From: Candidatus Saccharimonadota bacterium
Lineage (GTDB): Bacteria > Pseudomonadota > Gammaproteobacteria > Enterobacterales > Enterobacteriaceae
Assembly: GCF_014857065.1 (NCBI RefSeq)
Contig: NZ_CP046533.1
Span: 570,001-602,000, forward strand
Length of the DNA: 32,000 nt
Direction: 5' to 3'
In this document: positions 19,421 through 32,000 of the stretch, piece after piece
How the letters are laid out: each line of letters starts with the position of its first letter
How positions within the stretch are numbered: position 1 is the first letter of the stretch
Program-made: the position numbers and the translations under genes
Notes under the pieces: generated by a model
What the model was told of the DNA's origin: nothing
The model's database searches: none
The model's input: only the letters and a program-made list of their open reading frames with translations

Positions 19421-22400
19421 GTGAAAAATTTATTTAATTTTTTTAAATATCAGAATAAATCAGAAGAATTTAATGTGATAAAAATTTCTTTAGCTTCACC
19501 AGATATGATTAGATCATGGTCTTTTGGTGAAGTTAAAAAGCCTGAAACTATTAATTATCGTACTTTTAAACCTGAAAGAGATGGTTTATTTTGTGCACGA
19601 ATTTTTGGTCCAATTAAAGATTATGAATGTTTATGTGGTAAATATAAAAGACTTAAACATCGAGGCGTAGTATGCGAGAAGTGTGGAGTGGAAGTTACTC
19701 AGAGTAAAGTGCGTCGGGAGCGCATGGGGCACATTGAATTAGCTTCTCCAGCTGCTCATATTTGGTTTTTGAAATCATTGCCATCCCGTATTGGTTTGCT
19801 TTTGGATATGCCGTTACGTGATATTGAGCGTGTTTTATATTTTGAGTCTTATGTTGTAGTAGAAAGTGGTATGACTAGTCTTGAACGTTGCCAAATTCTT
19901 ACTGAAGATCAATATTTAGATGCATTGGAAGAATTTGGAGATGAATTTGAAGCAAAAATGGGAGCGGAGGCTATTCAATATTTATTGAGAAATATGAATT
20001 TGGACAGCGAGTGTGAGGAGATACGTGAGGAATTAAGTTCGACTAATTCTGATGCCAAACGAAAGAAATTAACTAAACGCATTAAATTGCTTGAATCTTT
20101 TTTACAATCTGAAAATAAACCAGAATGGATGATTCTTAATGTTTTACCAGTATTACCTCCAGATTTAAGGCCTTTAGTACCATTGGATGGAGGTCGTTTT
20201 GCTACTTCTGATTTGAATGATTTATATCGTCGAGTGATTAATCGTAACAATAGATTAAAACGTTTATTAGACCTTGTTGCTCCAGATATTATAGTACGTA
20301 ATGAAAAACGTATGTTACAGGAAGCAGTGGATGCCCTGTTGGATAATGGTCGTCGAGGTAGAGCTATCACAGGTTCCAATAAGCGTCCTTTGAAATCTTT
20401 GTCTGATATGATCAAAGGTAAACAAGGTAGATTTCGTCAAAATTTATTGGGTAAACGAGTCGATTATTCTGGTCGTTCAGTAATCACTGTTGGTCCATAT
20501 TTACGATTACATCAATGTGGTTTGCCGAAAAAAATGGCTCTTGAATTGTTCAAACCGTTTATTTATGGGAAGTTGGAAATAGGTGGATTTGCTAGTACCA
20601 TTAAAACAGCTAAGAAGATGGTGGAAAGAGAGGAAGCTATAGTATGGGATATGCTTGATGAGGTTATTCGTGAGCATCCGGTAATGTTAAATAGGGCTCC
20701 TACATTACATCGTTTGGGTATTCAAGCTTTTGAACCCATTTTAATTGAAGGTAAAGCTATTCAATTACATCCTTTGGTTTGTGCTGCTTATAATGCAGAT
20801 TTTGATGGTGATCAAATGGCGGTGCATGTTCCATTAACGCTCGAGGCTCAATTAGAAGCTCGTGCATTAATGATGTCTACTAATAATATTTTATCTCCAG
20901 CTAATGGAGAGCCTATTATTGTTCCTTCTCAAGATGTTGTTTTAGGTTTGTATTATATGACTAGGGATTGTGTTAATAGTAGGGGAGAAGGTATGTTATT
21001 GTCTGGCCCTCAAGAAGCTGAACGTGTTTATCGTTTAGGTTTGGCGGATTTGCACGCATGTGTTAAAGTGCGTATTACTGAGTATGAACGACTTGAACAT
21101 GGTGAGTGGTCAACATATACTAGTCTTGTAAATACTACTATCGGTCGTTCTATTTTTTGGATGATTGTGCCAAAGGGACTTCCTTTTAACTTAGTTAATC
21201 AGGTATTAGGAAAGAAAGCTATATCAAAAATGCTCAATGTTTGTTATCGTATTTTAGGTTTGGAGTCAACTGTTATTTTTGCTGATCAGATTATGTATAC
21301 AGGTTTTGCTTATGCTGCTCGTTCTGGTGCATCTGTGGGTATTGATGATATGATGATACCTACAAAAAAAGCTGAAATTATTAGTGAAGCAGAAAGTGAA
21401 GTTGCTGATATTCAAGAACAATTTCAGTCTGGTTTAGTGACTGCAGGTGAACGTTATAATAAAGTAATAGATATTTGGGCTGCTGCAAATGAGCGAGTTG
21501 CTAAGGCAATGATGGATAATTTATCTATTGAATCTGTTTTTAATCGTTATGGTAAAAAAGAATTTCAAACTTCTTTTAATAATATTTTTATGATGGCTGA
21601 TTCTGGCGCACGTGGATCTGCAGCTCAAATTCGTCAGCTTGCTGGTATGCGTGGTCTCATGGCTAAGCCAGATGGTTCAATAATTGAAACTCCTATTACA
21701 GCAAATTTTCGTGAAGGTTTAAATGTTCTTCAATATTTTATTTCTACTCATGGAGCTCGTAAAGGATTAGCTGATACCGCTTTAAAAACTGCTAATTCTG
21801 GTTATTTAACTCGTCGTTTAGTAGATGTTGCTCAAGATTTAGTAATAACTGAAAGTGATTGTGGTACTTTTTCTGGTATTACCATGACTTCTTTAATTGA
21901 AGGTGGAGATGTAAAAGAGGCGTTGCGCGAACGTGTATTAGGTCGTTTAACAGCAGAGGATGTGTTAAGACCTGGTACTTTAGATATCTTAATTAATCGT
22001 AATGTCCTTTTAGATGAAGATTATTGTGATATTTTAGAGAAAAATTCAATAGATTATATTAAAGTTCGTTCAGTCGTGACTTGCGACACTAGCTTTGGTG
22101 TTTGCGCTTTTTGTTATGGTCGTGATTTGGCTCGTGGTCAGCTTGTAAATGAAGGGGAAGCTATTGGTGTAATTGCTGCACAATCTATTGGTGAACCAGG
22201 AACTCAGTTAACAATGCGTACTTTTCATATTGGAGGCGCCGCGTTTCGTGCCGCAACGGAATCAAGTATTCAGGTAAAGAATAATGGCATTATTCGTTTG
22301 AAAAATGTTAAATTTGTTATTAATGATTCTGGTAAATTTGTGATTACTTCCCGTAATACTGAATTAACGGTTATTGATGAATTTTTGCGAACTAAGGAAA

Positions 22401-23644
22401 GCTATAAAGTACCTTATGGATCTATGTTAACTAAAGGAGATGGAGAATATGTTGTAGGTGGTGAAATAATTGCATATTGGGATCCACATACTATGCCTGT
22501 GATTACAGAATTTAGTGGTTTTGTTAGATTTACTAATATGATTGATGGTCAGACTATTATTCGACAAACCGATGAGTTTACGGGATTGTCCTCTATTATT
22601 GTATTAGATACTGCTGAACGTTCCGTTGGAGGTAGGGATTTTCGTCCTGCACTAAAAGTTGTTGATAGGCATGGTTGTGATTTATTATTTCCTGGCACTG
22701 ATATGCCAGTTCAGTATTTTTTGCCTAGCCGAACCGTAGTACAACTTGAAGATGGTTCAAAAGTTGTTTGTGGTGATGTTTTAGCAAGATTGCCTCATGA
22801 GAGTAGTGGAACTAAGGATATTACAGGAGGTTTGCCTCGTGTTGCTGATTTATTTGAAGCACGTTGTCCTAAAGAAGCTGCTATTTTAGCAGAAATTAGT
22901 GGTATTGTATCTTTTGGTAAAGAAACTAAAGGTAAACGTCGTTTAATTATATCTTCAATTGAAGGCAATAACGTTGCTTATGAAGAAATGATTCCTAAAT
23001 GGCGACAGCTTAATGTATTTGAAGGTGAGTTTGTAGAACGAGGAGATATCATTTCAGACGGTCCTGAATCGCCTCATGATATTTTGCGTTTACGTGGTGT
23101 TCATGCAGTTACTAGTTATATTATTAATGAAGTACAAGAAGTTTATCGTTTGCAGGGCGTCAAGATAAATGATAAGCATATCGAGGTTATTATTAGACAA
23201 ATGTTACGCAAGGTTACTATTGTTGATCCTGGAAGTTCTACTTTTTTAGAGGGAGAACAGATAGAATTTTCTCGTGTTAAGATAGTGAATCGTCAATTAA
23301 GTATTGAAGGCAAAAAGGAGATTGTTTTTATACGTGATTTATTAGGTATTACGAGAGCTTCTTTAGCTACAGAGTCGTTTATTTCCGCGGCTTCTTTCCA
23401 GGAGACTACACGGGTTTTGACCGAGGCTTCCGTATCTGGTAAACACGATGAGTTACGTGGTTTGAAGGAAAATGTTATTGTTGGGCGATTAATTCCTGCT
23501 GGTACTGGTTATGCTTATCATCAGAATAAAGCTCTTTATCGAGATAAACAATATAGTGATAAATCTGAAATGCCTGTTTCTGTTGATGAAGCATCAGCTA
23601 ATTTAACTGAGTTATTAAATGCTACTAAATTGGTCAATAATTAA
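19421..23644 (+). CDS. rpoC: DNA-directed RNA polymerase subunit beta'
   Basis: The ORF opens at GTG 19415, directly abutting the SD aggaag. GTG 19421 ([17 protein letters not shown]) aligns with E. coli MKDLLKFLKAQTKTEEF, and E. coli rpoC also uses GTG. The catalytic NADFDGDQM motif is present. Confidence 0.97.
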   Translation: MKNLFNFFKYQNKSEEFNVIKISLASPDMIRSWSFGEVKKPETINYRTFKPERDGLFCARIFGPIKDYECLCGKYKRLKHRGVVCEKCGVEVTQSKVRRERMGHIELASPAAHIWFLKSLPSRIGLLLDMPLRDIERVLYFESYVVVESGMTSLERCQILTEDQYLDALEEFGDEFEAKMGAEAIQYLLRNMNLDSECEEIREELSSTNSDAKRKKLTKRIKLLESFLQSENKPEWMILNVLPVLPPDLRPLVPLDGGRFATSDLNDLYRRVINRNNRLKRLLDLVAPDIIVRNEKRMLQEAVDALLDNGRRGRAITGSNKRPLKSLSDMIKGKQGRFRQNLLGKRVDYSGRSVITVGPYLRLHQCGLPKKMALELFKPFIYGKLEIGGFASTIKTAKKMVEREEAIVWDMLDEVIREHPVMLNRAPTLHRLGIQAFEPILIEGKAIQLHPLVCAAYNADFDGDQMAVHVPLTLEAQLEARALMMSTNNILSPANGEPIIVPSQDVVLGLYYMTRDCVNSRGEGMLLSGPQEAERVYRLGLADLHACVKVRITEYERLEHGEWSTYTSLVNTTIGRSIFWMIVPKGLPFNLVNQVLGKKAISKMLNVCYRILGLESTVIFADQIMYTGFAYAARSGASVGIDDMMIPTKKAEIISEAESEVADIQEQFQSGLVTAGERYNKVIDIWAAANERVAKAMMDNLSIESVFNRYGKKEFQTSFNNIFMMADSGARGSAAQIRQLAGMRGLMAKPDGSIIETPITANFREGLNVLQYFISTHGARKGLADTALKTANSGYLTRRLVDVAQDLVITESDCGTFSGITMTSLIEGGDVKEALRERVLGRLTAEDVLRPGTLDILINRNVLLDEDYCDILEKNSIDYIKVRSVVTCDTSFGVCAFCYGRDLARGQLVNEGEAIGVIAAQSIGEPGTQLTMRTFHIGGAAFRAATESSIQVKNNGIIRLKNVKFVINDSGKFVITSRNTELTVIDEFLRTKESYKVPYGSMLTKGDGEYVVGGEIIAYWDPHTMPVITEFSGFVRFTNMIDGQTIIRQTDEFTGLSSIIVLDTAERSVGGRDFRPALKVVDRHGCDLLFPGTDMPVQYFLPSRTVVQLEDGSKVVCGDVLARLPHESSGTKDITGGLPRVADLFEARCPKEAAILAEISGIVSFGKETKGKRRLIISSIEGNNVAYEEMIPKWRQLNVFEGEFVERGDIISDGPESPHDILRLRGVHAVTSYIINEVQEVYRLQGVKINDKHIEVIIRQMLRKVTIVDPGSSTFLEGEQIEFSRVKIVNRQLSIEGKKEIVFIRDLLGITRASLATESFISAASFQETTRVLTEASVSGKHDELRGLKENVIVGRLIPAGTGYAYHQNKALYRDKQYSDKSEMPVSVDEASANLTELLNATKLVNN

Positions 23645-23668
23645 ATAATAATATTTAAATATATGCGA

Positions 23669-23694
23669 TTGGTAAATTATTTTATCGGTTTTTT
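23669..23694 (+). terminator. candidate intrinsic terminator after rpoC
   Basis: ttggtaaa (23669-23676) pairs with tttatcgg (23681-23688) around the tetraloop ttat. The stem is 8 bp, three of them G-U. It is followed by TTTTTT (23689-23694). The stem is weak. Confidence 0.4.
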
Positions 23695-23864
23695 ATTTTG
23701 TTGTTCAAATATTTTGCCTATACATATAATGAGCAAAATATAATTAAGGCTATTATTATATTGAAATTTTTTATTTTAGTTTGTTATATTAGATGTTAGG
23801 TAAATTTAGAATTGTAAAGTGTTATTGTTTTGATAGTTTAAATTTAATATATTAAGGATAGTGT

Positions 23865-24137
23865 ATGAATAAAATACAAATTGTTAATGTTATTGCTAAG
23901 AAACATGATATTTCTAAAGTACAAGTGAAATTTATTTTAGAGAGTATTTTAGCGGAAATAGTAATGTCTCTTAAATTAGGTAATACAGTTAAATTAACAG
24001 GTTTTGGTGTATTTAAAGTTAAGTATCGTCATGCTCGTATTGGTCGTAATCCACAAACCGGCAAAGAAATCAGAATTTTAGCTAGTAAGATTCCCACATT
24101 TGTTTTTAGTAAATCTTTAAAAGGTGTTATGAATTGA
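23865..24137 (+). CDS. hupA: DNA-binding protein HU (alpha by synteny)
   Basis: 90-aa ORF with SD aagga upstream. It has the HU signature GFGVFKVKYRHARIGRNPQTGKEI. Its position between rpoC and purH corresponds to the E. coli hupA locus. Confidence 0.85.
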   Translation: MNKIQIVNVIAKKHDISKVQVKFILESILAEIVMSLKLGNTVKLTGFGVFKVKYRHARIGRNPQTGKEIRILASKIPTFVFSKSLKGVMN

Positions 24138-24275
24138 ATTATATGTAGTAATGTTTTTTACTTATTAAAGTGGTCTTTGTGAGCTATTCTTATTTAACTT
24201 TTCTAACCCTGTGAGGTTTTATGATTCAATTTGGGTAATTCATTTTGCTTACATGATGTTAATTGATATAAAATT

Positions 24276-25886
24276 TTAATGTTTAAAATGACGAGTATAA
24301 GTAAAAATCATTGCAATGTTATATCTATTAGCTGTTTTAATTATGTCTTCATCCTTTATTGATCCTCCTGGTTGGATAACGCAACTTATACCAAGCTCAC
24401 CAGCTACTTCTATGCAATCGCAAAATGGCAAAAAAGCATCAGAGGCCATAGTTGCTCCATGCGTTTCTAATCCTTCATTTTTAGTTTTAATTGCAGCTAT
24501 TTTTGCGGAGAATACTCTACTCATTTGTCCAGATCCAATGCCGATTGTTTGATTGTTTTTAGCATACACAATTGCATTGGATTTTACAAATTTTATAATT
24601 TTCCAACAGAAAATTGCATCATTTATTTCTTTCTTGGTAGGTGATCGTTTTGTAACTATATTCATTCTTTTAAAGTTTATTTTCTTTTTGTCGTGTTCTT
24701 GTACTAGCAAACCTCCATTGTTTATAATTTTTATGTCTATATTAGTTATTTCAATTAATTTATTTTTGTATGTTACTATTCTCATATTTTTTTTATTAGA
24801 TAGTATATTTAAAGCATTTTTTTTAATAGATGGAGCTATTATTACTTCAGCGAATTGTTGTTGAAGAAGATTAGCTGTCTGAGCATCTATTGTCTGGTTT
24901 AATGCGATTATACCACCAAATGCTGATATAGGATCAGCTTGATAAGCTTTTTGGTAAGCTAATTGAATATTTTCAGAACTAGCTACTCCACATGGAGTAT
25001 TATGTTTTATAATTATACAAGTTGGTTTAGTAAACATTTTGATACATTCTAGAGCCGTATCAATATCAACGATATTGTTGTAGGAAAGGCTTTTACCTTG
25101 TATTTTTTTTATTGTGCTATTTAAAGATTTATTAGCAAATCTTTCGTTTACGTAAAATGCAGCTTTTTGGTGATGATTTTCCCCATAATTAAGATCTTGT
25201 TCTTTTACAAATTTCTCATTAATAATATTTATGTTTTTGGGGAAATTGAGTATTGATTGTTTGTTTTTATTTCCATTGTTTTTTGTTTTTACATTTTGAA
25301 AGTAATTTGCGATGTTTCTATCGTATGTAGCGACATGTTCAAATGCTTTTGCTGCTAATTTAAATTTGGTTTGAATAGTGAGGGAATTATTATTATTATT
25401 CATTTCATGAATAATAGGTGCATAATCACAACTGTGGACCAGTACTGCTACTTTTTTATAATTTTTAGCTGCAGCTCTAACAATACTTGGACCACCTATA
25501 TCAATGTTTGTTATTTGCTTTTCTTTTAAAATGTTTTTTTGTTTTCGCTTTATTTTTGAATTAAAAGGATATAAATTAACTATTACCATGTCAATGTGAT
25601 CAATGTTAAATTCGTTCATGATCTTTTTGTCTAAATCAGGTCTCGCTAAGATTCCTCCATATATTTTCGGATGTAATGTTTTTATACGTCCATCCATTAA
25701 TTCTGGAAAATTAATATAATCTGATATCTCTGTTGTTGTTAAACCTTCTTTTTTTAGAAAAGCAGCGGTACCTGCAGTAGATATTATTTGAATATTTTTT
25801 TCGTGTAGAAACTTAGAAAAATTCAAAATTCCAGTTTTATCATATACACTAATTAGTACTCGATAAATAGGATATAGACACTGCAT
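24276..25886 (-). CDS. purH: bifunctional AICAR transformylase / IMP cyclohydrolase
   Basis: The ORF track opens at GTG 25895. ATG 25886 (MQCLYPIYRVLISVYDKTG) aligns with E. coli MQQRRPVRRALLSVSDKAG and has SD aaggg upstream. Conserved segments include MDGRIKTLHPKIYGGIL, GENHHQKAAFY, KHNTPCGVA, GIGSGQMSRV and QPGGSIKDE. An N/K-rich low-complexity insert lies mid-protein. Confidence 0.96.
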   Translation of the reverse strand: MQCLYPIYRVLISVYDKTGILNFSKFLHEKNIQIISTAGTAAFLKKEGLTTTEISDYINFPELMDGRIKTLHPKIYGGILARPDLDKKIMNEFNIDHIDMVIVNLYPFNSKIKRKQKNILKEKQITNIDIGGPSIVRAAAKNYKKVAVLVHSCDYAPIIHEMNNNNNSLTIQTKFKLAAKAFEHVATYDRNIANYFQNVKTKNNGNKNKQSILNFPKNINIINEKFVKEQDLNYGENHHQKAAFYVNERFANKSLNSTIKKIQGKSLSYNNIVDIDTALECIKMFTKPTCIIIKHNTPCGVASSENIQLAYQKAYQADPISAFGGIIALNQTIDAQTANLLQQQFAEVIIAPSIKKNALNILSNKKNMRIVTYKNKLIEITNIDIKIINNGGLLVQEHDKKKINFKRMNIVTKRSPTKKEINDAIFCWKIIKFVKSNAIVYAKNNQTIGIGSGQMSRVFSAKIAAIKTKNEGLETHGATMASDAFLPFCDCIEVAGELGISCVIQPGGSIKDEDIIKTANRYNIAMIFTYTRHFKH

Positions 25887-25900
25887 GTTAAGCACCCTTT

Positions 25901-25928
25901 AGTTTTAATGAAACATTCCATTAAAACT
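25901..25928 (-). other. 10-bp hairpin in the purH 5' leader
   Basis: agttttaatg (25901-25910) is the perfect reverse complement of cattaaaact (25919-25928), with an 8-nt loop. On the minus strand it ends immediately upstream of the purH SD. Its function is unknown. Confidence 0.3.
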
Positions 25929-26146
25929 TGTCATTATAAAATACCACGACTTGTTTAATTTATTTTTTCTGAACATTAGGTGAGCTGTTTGCATACTTTA
26001 TTTATTTTAGATTTAAGGGATCTTTGAAAATTCTTATTCAGTTATTTAATTAGTATTTAGTATCACATAATATTAAAGTTTTGTTAAGATTTTTATCTGT
26101 GTTTTTGTAAGATTTTATGGATTATTATATAAAAAATTTAATATAC

Positions 26147-26174
26147 TTGACTTTCAGTATTAAAGTTGTAAAAT
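26147..26174 (+). promoter_or_regulatory. candidate rRNA operon promoter (P1-like)
   Basis: TTGACT (26147-26152), a 16-nt spacer, then TAAAAT (26169-26174). It is preceded by an A/T tract (tataaaaaatttaatatac) resembling an UP element. It lies about 60 nt upstream of boxA and about 180 nt upstream of 16S. Confidence 0.6.
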
Positions 26175-26232
26175 ATACATTTATTTGTGAGTTTCAGGCT
26201 TGAAGTTTTCGCGCTTGCGATTCCTGTTTTTT

Positions 26233-26245
26233 TGCTCTTTAATAA
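26233..26245 (+). promoter_or_regulatory. rrn leader boxA antitermination element
   Basis: tgctctttaataa, continuing tttatta, against the E. coli rrn boxA TGCTCTTTAACAATTTATCA. A small boxB-like hairpin, tcgc-gctt-gcga (26209-26220), lies just upstream. Confidence 0.8.
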
Positions 26246-26259
26246 TTTATTAATCCAGA

Positions 26260-26271
26260 TATGTAGGATGC
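26260..26271 (+). other. 5' arm of the putative 16S precursor processing stem
   Basis: tatgtaggatgc (26260-26271) pairs with gcatacctacata (27946-27958, 20 nt after the 16S 3' end). This gives 12 bp with one bulged A, the expected position for an RNase III stem. Confidence 0.5.
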
Positions 26272-26355
26272 TTCAAGATTGAGTCGATATGTATTGTTGT
26301 TAATTCTTAATTATAGATTTTTGTTTTGTTACTATATTAATTAAGTATTTAAATT

Positions 26356-27926
<1,571 letters not shown>

Positions 27927-28126
27927 CTAAACGATAGATTTTGTGGCATACCTACATAGTATTTATTTGTTTGTATTTGGTATTCTAATTATCAAATGTT
28001 TGCTATCTTGTCATTGCTATGTGATTAGATGTGATTGGTTTAGTATGTTATTTTTTTTTTGATTTATGAATAAACAAATTAATTTTCCTTTGTTTATTCA
28101 TGTTTGTTCTTGGTTTGGGAATTTTG

Positions 28127-28199
28127 GTCCCCTTCGTCTAGTGGTTTAGGACACTGCCCTTTCATGGCAGTAACAGGGGTTCGAATCCCCTAGGGGACG
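28127..28199 (+). tRNA. gltV: tRNA-Glu (anticodon UUC), 3' CCA not encoded
   Basis: gtccccttcgtctagtgg...ccctTTCatgg...ggggttcgaatcccctaggggacg folds as a cloverleaf: 7-bp acceptor stem, anticodon stem ctgcc/ggcag, T-loop ttcgaat. It is near-identical to E. coli tRNA-Glu. The discriminator G at 28199 is followed by gac, not cca. The gene symbol is by analogy with the E. coli rrnE spacer tRNA. Confidence 0.95.
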
Positions 28200-28235
28200 G
28201 ACACTGATTTATTTAGGTTGACTTTTTCTTTTTTT

Positions 28236-28248
28236 TGTTCTTTAACAA
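28236..28248 (+). promoter_or_regulatory. spacer boxA antitermination element upstream of 23S
   Basis: tgttctttaacaa, continuing ttt, against the E. coli spacer boxA TGCTCTTTAACAATTT. It lies between tRNA-Glu and 23S, as in E. coli rrn operons. Confidence 0.75.
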
Positions 28249-28376
28249 TTTGGTGTAATATAGAATTGGTAAAATGTACTATCGGGGTTTTTTATTTTTT
28301 GTTAATATTAGCCTAGAAGTATGTTTTGTTTTTATATTTGATTTTTTTTGAATTTGTGTTCAAAATTATTTGAAAT

Positions 28377-28397
28377 AAAATATCTAAGGTATTGTGG
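28377..28397 (+). other. 5' arm of the 23S precursor processing stem
   Basis: aaaatatctaaggtattgtg (28377-28396) is the perfect reverse complement of cacaataccttagatatttt (31341-31360). Together with 23S helix 1 (ggttaagt / acttaacc) this forms a continuous helix of about 29 bp (28377-28405 with 31332-31360, one G-U). Confidence 0.8.
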
Positions 28398-31340
<2,943 letters not shown>

Positions 31341-31341
<1 letters not shown>

Positions 31342-31360
31342 ACAATACCTTAGATATTTT
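31341..31360 (+). other. 3' arm of the 23S precursor processing stem
   Basis: It is the reverse complement of 28377-28396 (20/20). Its first base overlaps the called 23S 3' end, and it ends 15 nt before the pssA stop codon on the opposite strand. Confidence 0.8.
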
Positions 31361-31375
31361 TTAATTTTTAATAGT

Positions 31376-32000
31376 TTAAAGTATTTTATTTATTAAGTAA
31401 TCAAAGTGAATGCGACGTAATCTAATGATTAGTTTTCTTATTTTATCTGGATAATCATCGATATCTTGTATTAAAGTATAATGATTTATATTTTTTGTAT
31501 GTGTTCGTATAAGATTTAATTCATGTGTTGTGTGTTTCTTGAGTTTTTCCTGTGGATCATGTATTAATAATGCATTTTCTAAATCTAGTTTCCATGCTCT
31601 TGGATTGAAATTATTGCCTGTTAATAATTGGTACTTGTTGTCTATCCATATGCCTTTTAAATGGAAACCATTGTCGCTATCTTTCCATAATTTTACCTTC
31701 ATTTGTCCATTATCTAGGTAAAATTGAAATTTATTAATAAAATGTCTTAAGTTTATTTCGTATAGATAAGGTAGTGCGCTAATTATTTTGAATGGTTGAT
31801 TTTCAGGAATAAAAAAATCATTAGCAGTTTTATCTCCAACTATAAGTTCTATTTTTTTCCCTTGTTTCAATACGTTTATCAAATTATGTAATATTGGATT
31901 TGGTAAATTAAAATATGGAGTACATAACGTTAGTTTTGTTTTTGTTGAACATATTAAATGATATATTGTTTTGTTTAGATTATTTTGTTTTCCTAAACCT
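31376..32000 (-). CDS. pssA: phosphatidylserine synthase (CDP-diacylglycerol--serine O-phosphatidyltransferase), C-terminal part; 5' end lies beyond the window
   Basis: The ORF-track entry begins at an internal TTG (31882). My hand translation shows the frame stays open to the window edge (...LTLCTPYFNLPNPILHNLINVLKQGKKIELIVGDKTANDFFIPENQPFKIISALPYLYEINLR...HLKGIWIDNKYQLLTGNNFNPRAWKLDLENALLIHDP...IRKLIIRLRRIHFDYLINKIL). This is colinear with the C-terminal half of E. coli PssA, including the second HKD (PLD-type) motif. Confidence 0.93.
   Translation of the reverse strand, partial: GLGKQNNLNKTIYHLICSTKTKLTLCTPYFNLPNPILHNLINVLKQGKKIELIVGDKTANDFFIPENQPFKIISALPYLYEINLRHFINKFQFYLDNGQMKVKLWKDSDNGFHLKGIWIDNKYQLLTGNNFNPRAWKLDLENALLIHDPQEKLKKHTTHELNLIRTHTKNINHYTLIQDIDDYPDKIRKLIIRLRRIHFDYLINKIL

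Noticed and set aside
14718-20415. Antisense or alternative-frame ORFs in rplL, rpoB and rpoC (14718-14930, 15746-15931, 16051-16242, 19975-20415)
   Set aside because: They are embedded in near-universally conserved coding sequence, with no motif support, so I treat them as frame artefacts.
23725-23730. Perfect TATAAT hexamer 135 nt upstream of hupA as a promoter; similar TTGACA hexamers at 4618, 11678 and 12768
   Set aside because: In roughly 75% AT DNA single hexamers are frequent. None of these has a partner hexamer better than 3/6 at 16-18 bp spacing, so I did not call them as features.
24316-24864. Two plus-strand ORFs (78 and 103 aa) antisense to purH
   Set aside because: purH on the minus strand is full length and conserved. 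The plus-strand frames are hydrophobic and low-complexity, reflecting the T-rich antisense of an A-rich gene.
25896-26146. Possible ZTP riboswitch or PurR operator upstream of purH
   Set aside because: None of the conserved GC-rich ZTP (pfl) core segments is present. Only a GCAAAC half-site resembles a PurR box, which is insufficient.
31530-31721. 63-aa plus-strand ORF antisense to pssA
   Set aside because: It lies opposite a conserved PssA coding frame, and no independent support exists.

Overview
This window comes from an extremely AT-rich, reduced genome. It looks like an Enterobacterales-derived obligate (insect-type) endosymbiont; I cannot name the species from sequence alone. It is core housekeeping DNA. 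There are 22 intact CDSs and one CDS truncated by the window edge: aroK, aroB, rpe, trpS, pabA, tusDCB, rpsL, rpsG, fusA, tuf, secE, nusG, rplKAJL, rpoBC, hupA, purH (minus strand) and pssA (minus strand, partial). There is also one rRNA operon, 16S - tRNA-Glu(UUC) - 23S. Every protein aligns nearly end to end with my recollection of its E. coli K-12 ortholog. I found no mobile elements, CRISPR arrays, toxin or defence genes, phage remnants, or any unexplained ORF of 60 aa or more. I therefore do not see a novel gene system here. The points of interest are architectural. (1) Gene order matches three separate E. coli segments joined exactly at two repeated gene families: tuf (fusA-tuf-secE) and rrn (purH-rrs...rrl-pssA). 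(2) The rRNA operon has no 5S gene. Its 23S processing stem ends 15 nt from the stop codon of the convergent pssA. (3) purH lacks its operon partner purD, and pabA has no ATG start. (4) Gene-free spacers of 0.2-0.7 kb sit where E. coli carries dam/damX, yheO-argD, thi/hemE and zra/purD. (5) The rrn boxA antiterminator elements and the RNase III-type processing stems are well conserved, but the rrn promoter has an AT-rich discriminator. (6) The tRNA-Glu gene does not encode CCA. (7) The intergenic DNA has strong GT skew. All calls rest on reading the sequence and recalling ortholog sequences; no database search was run.
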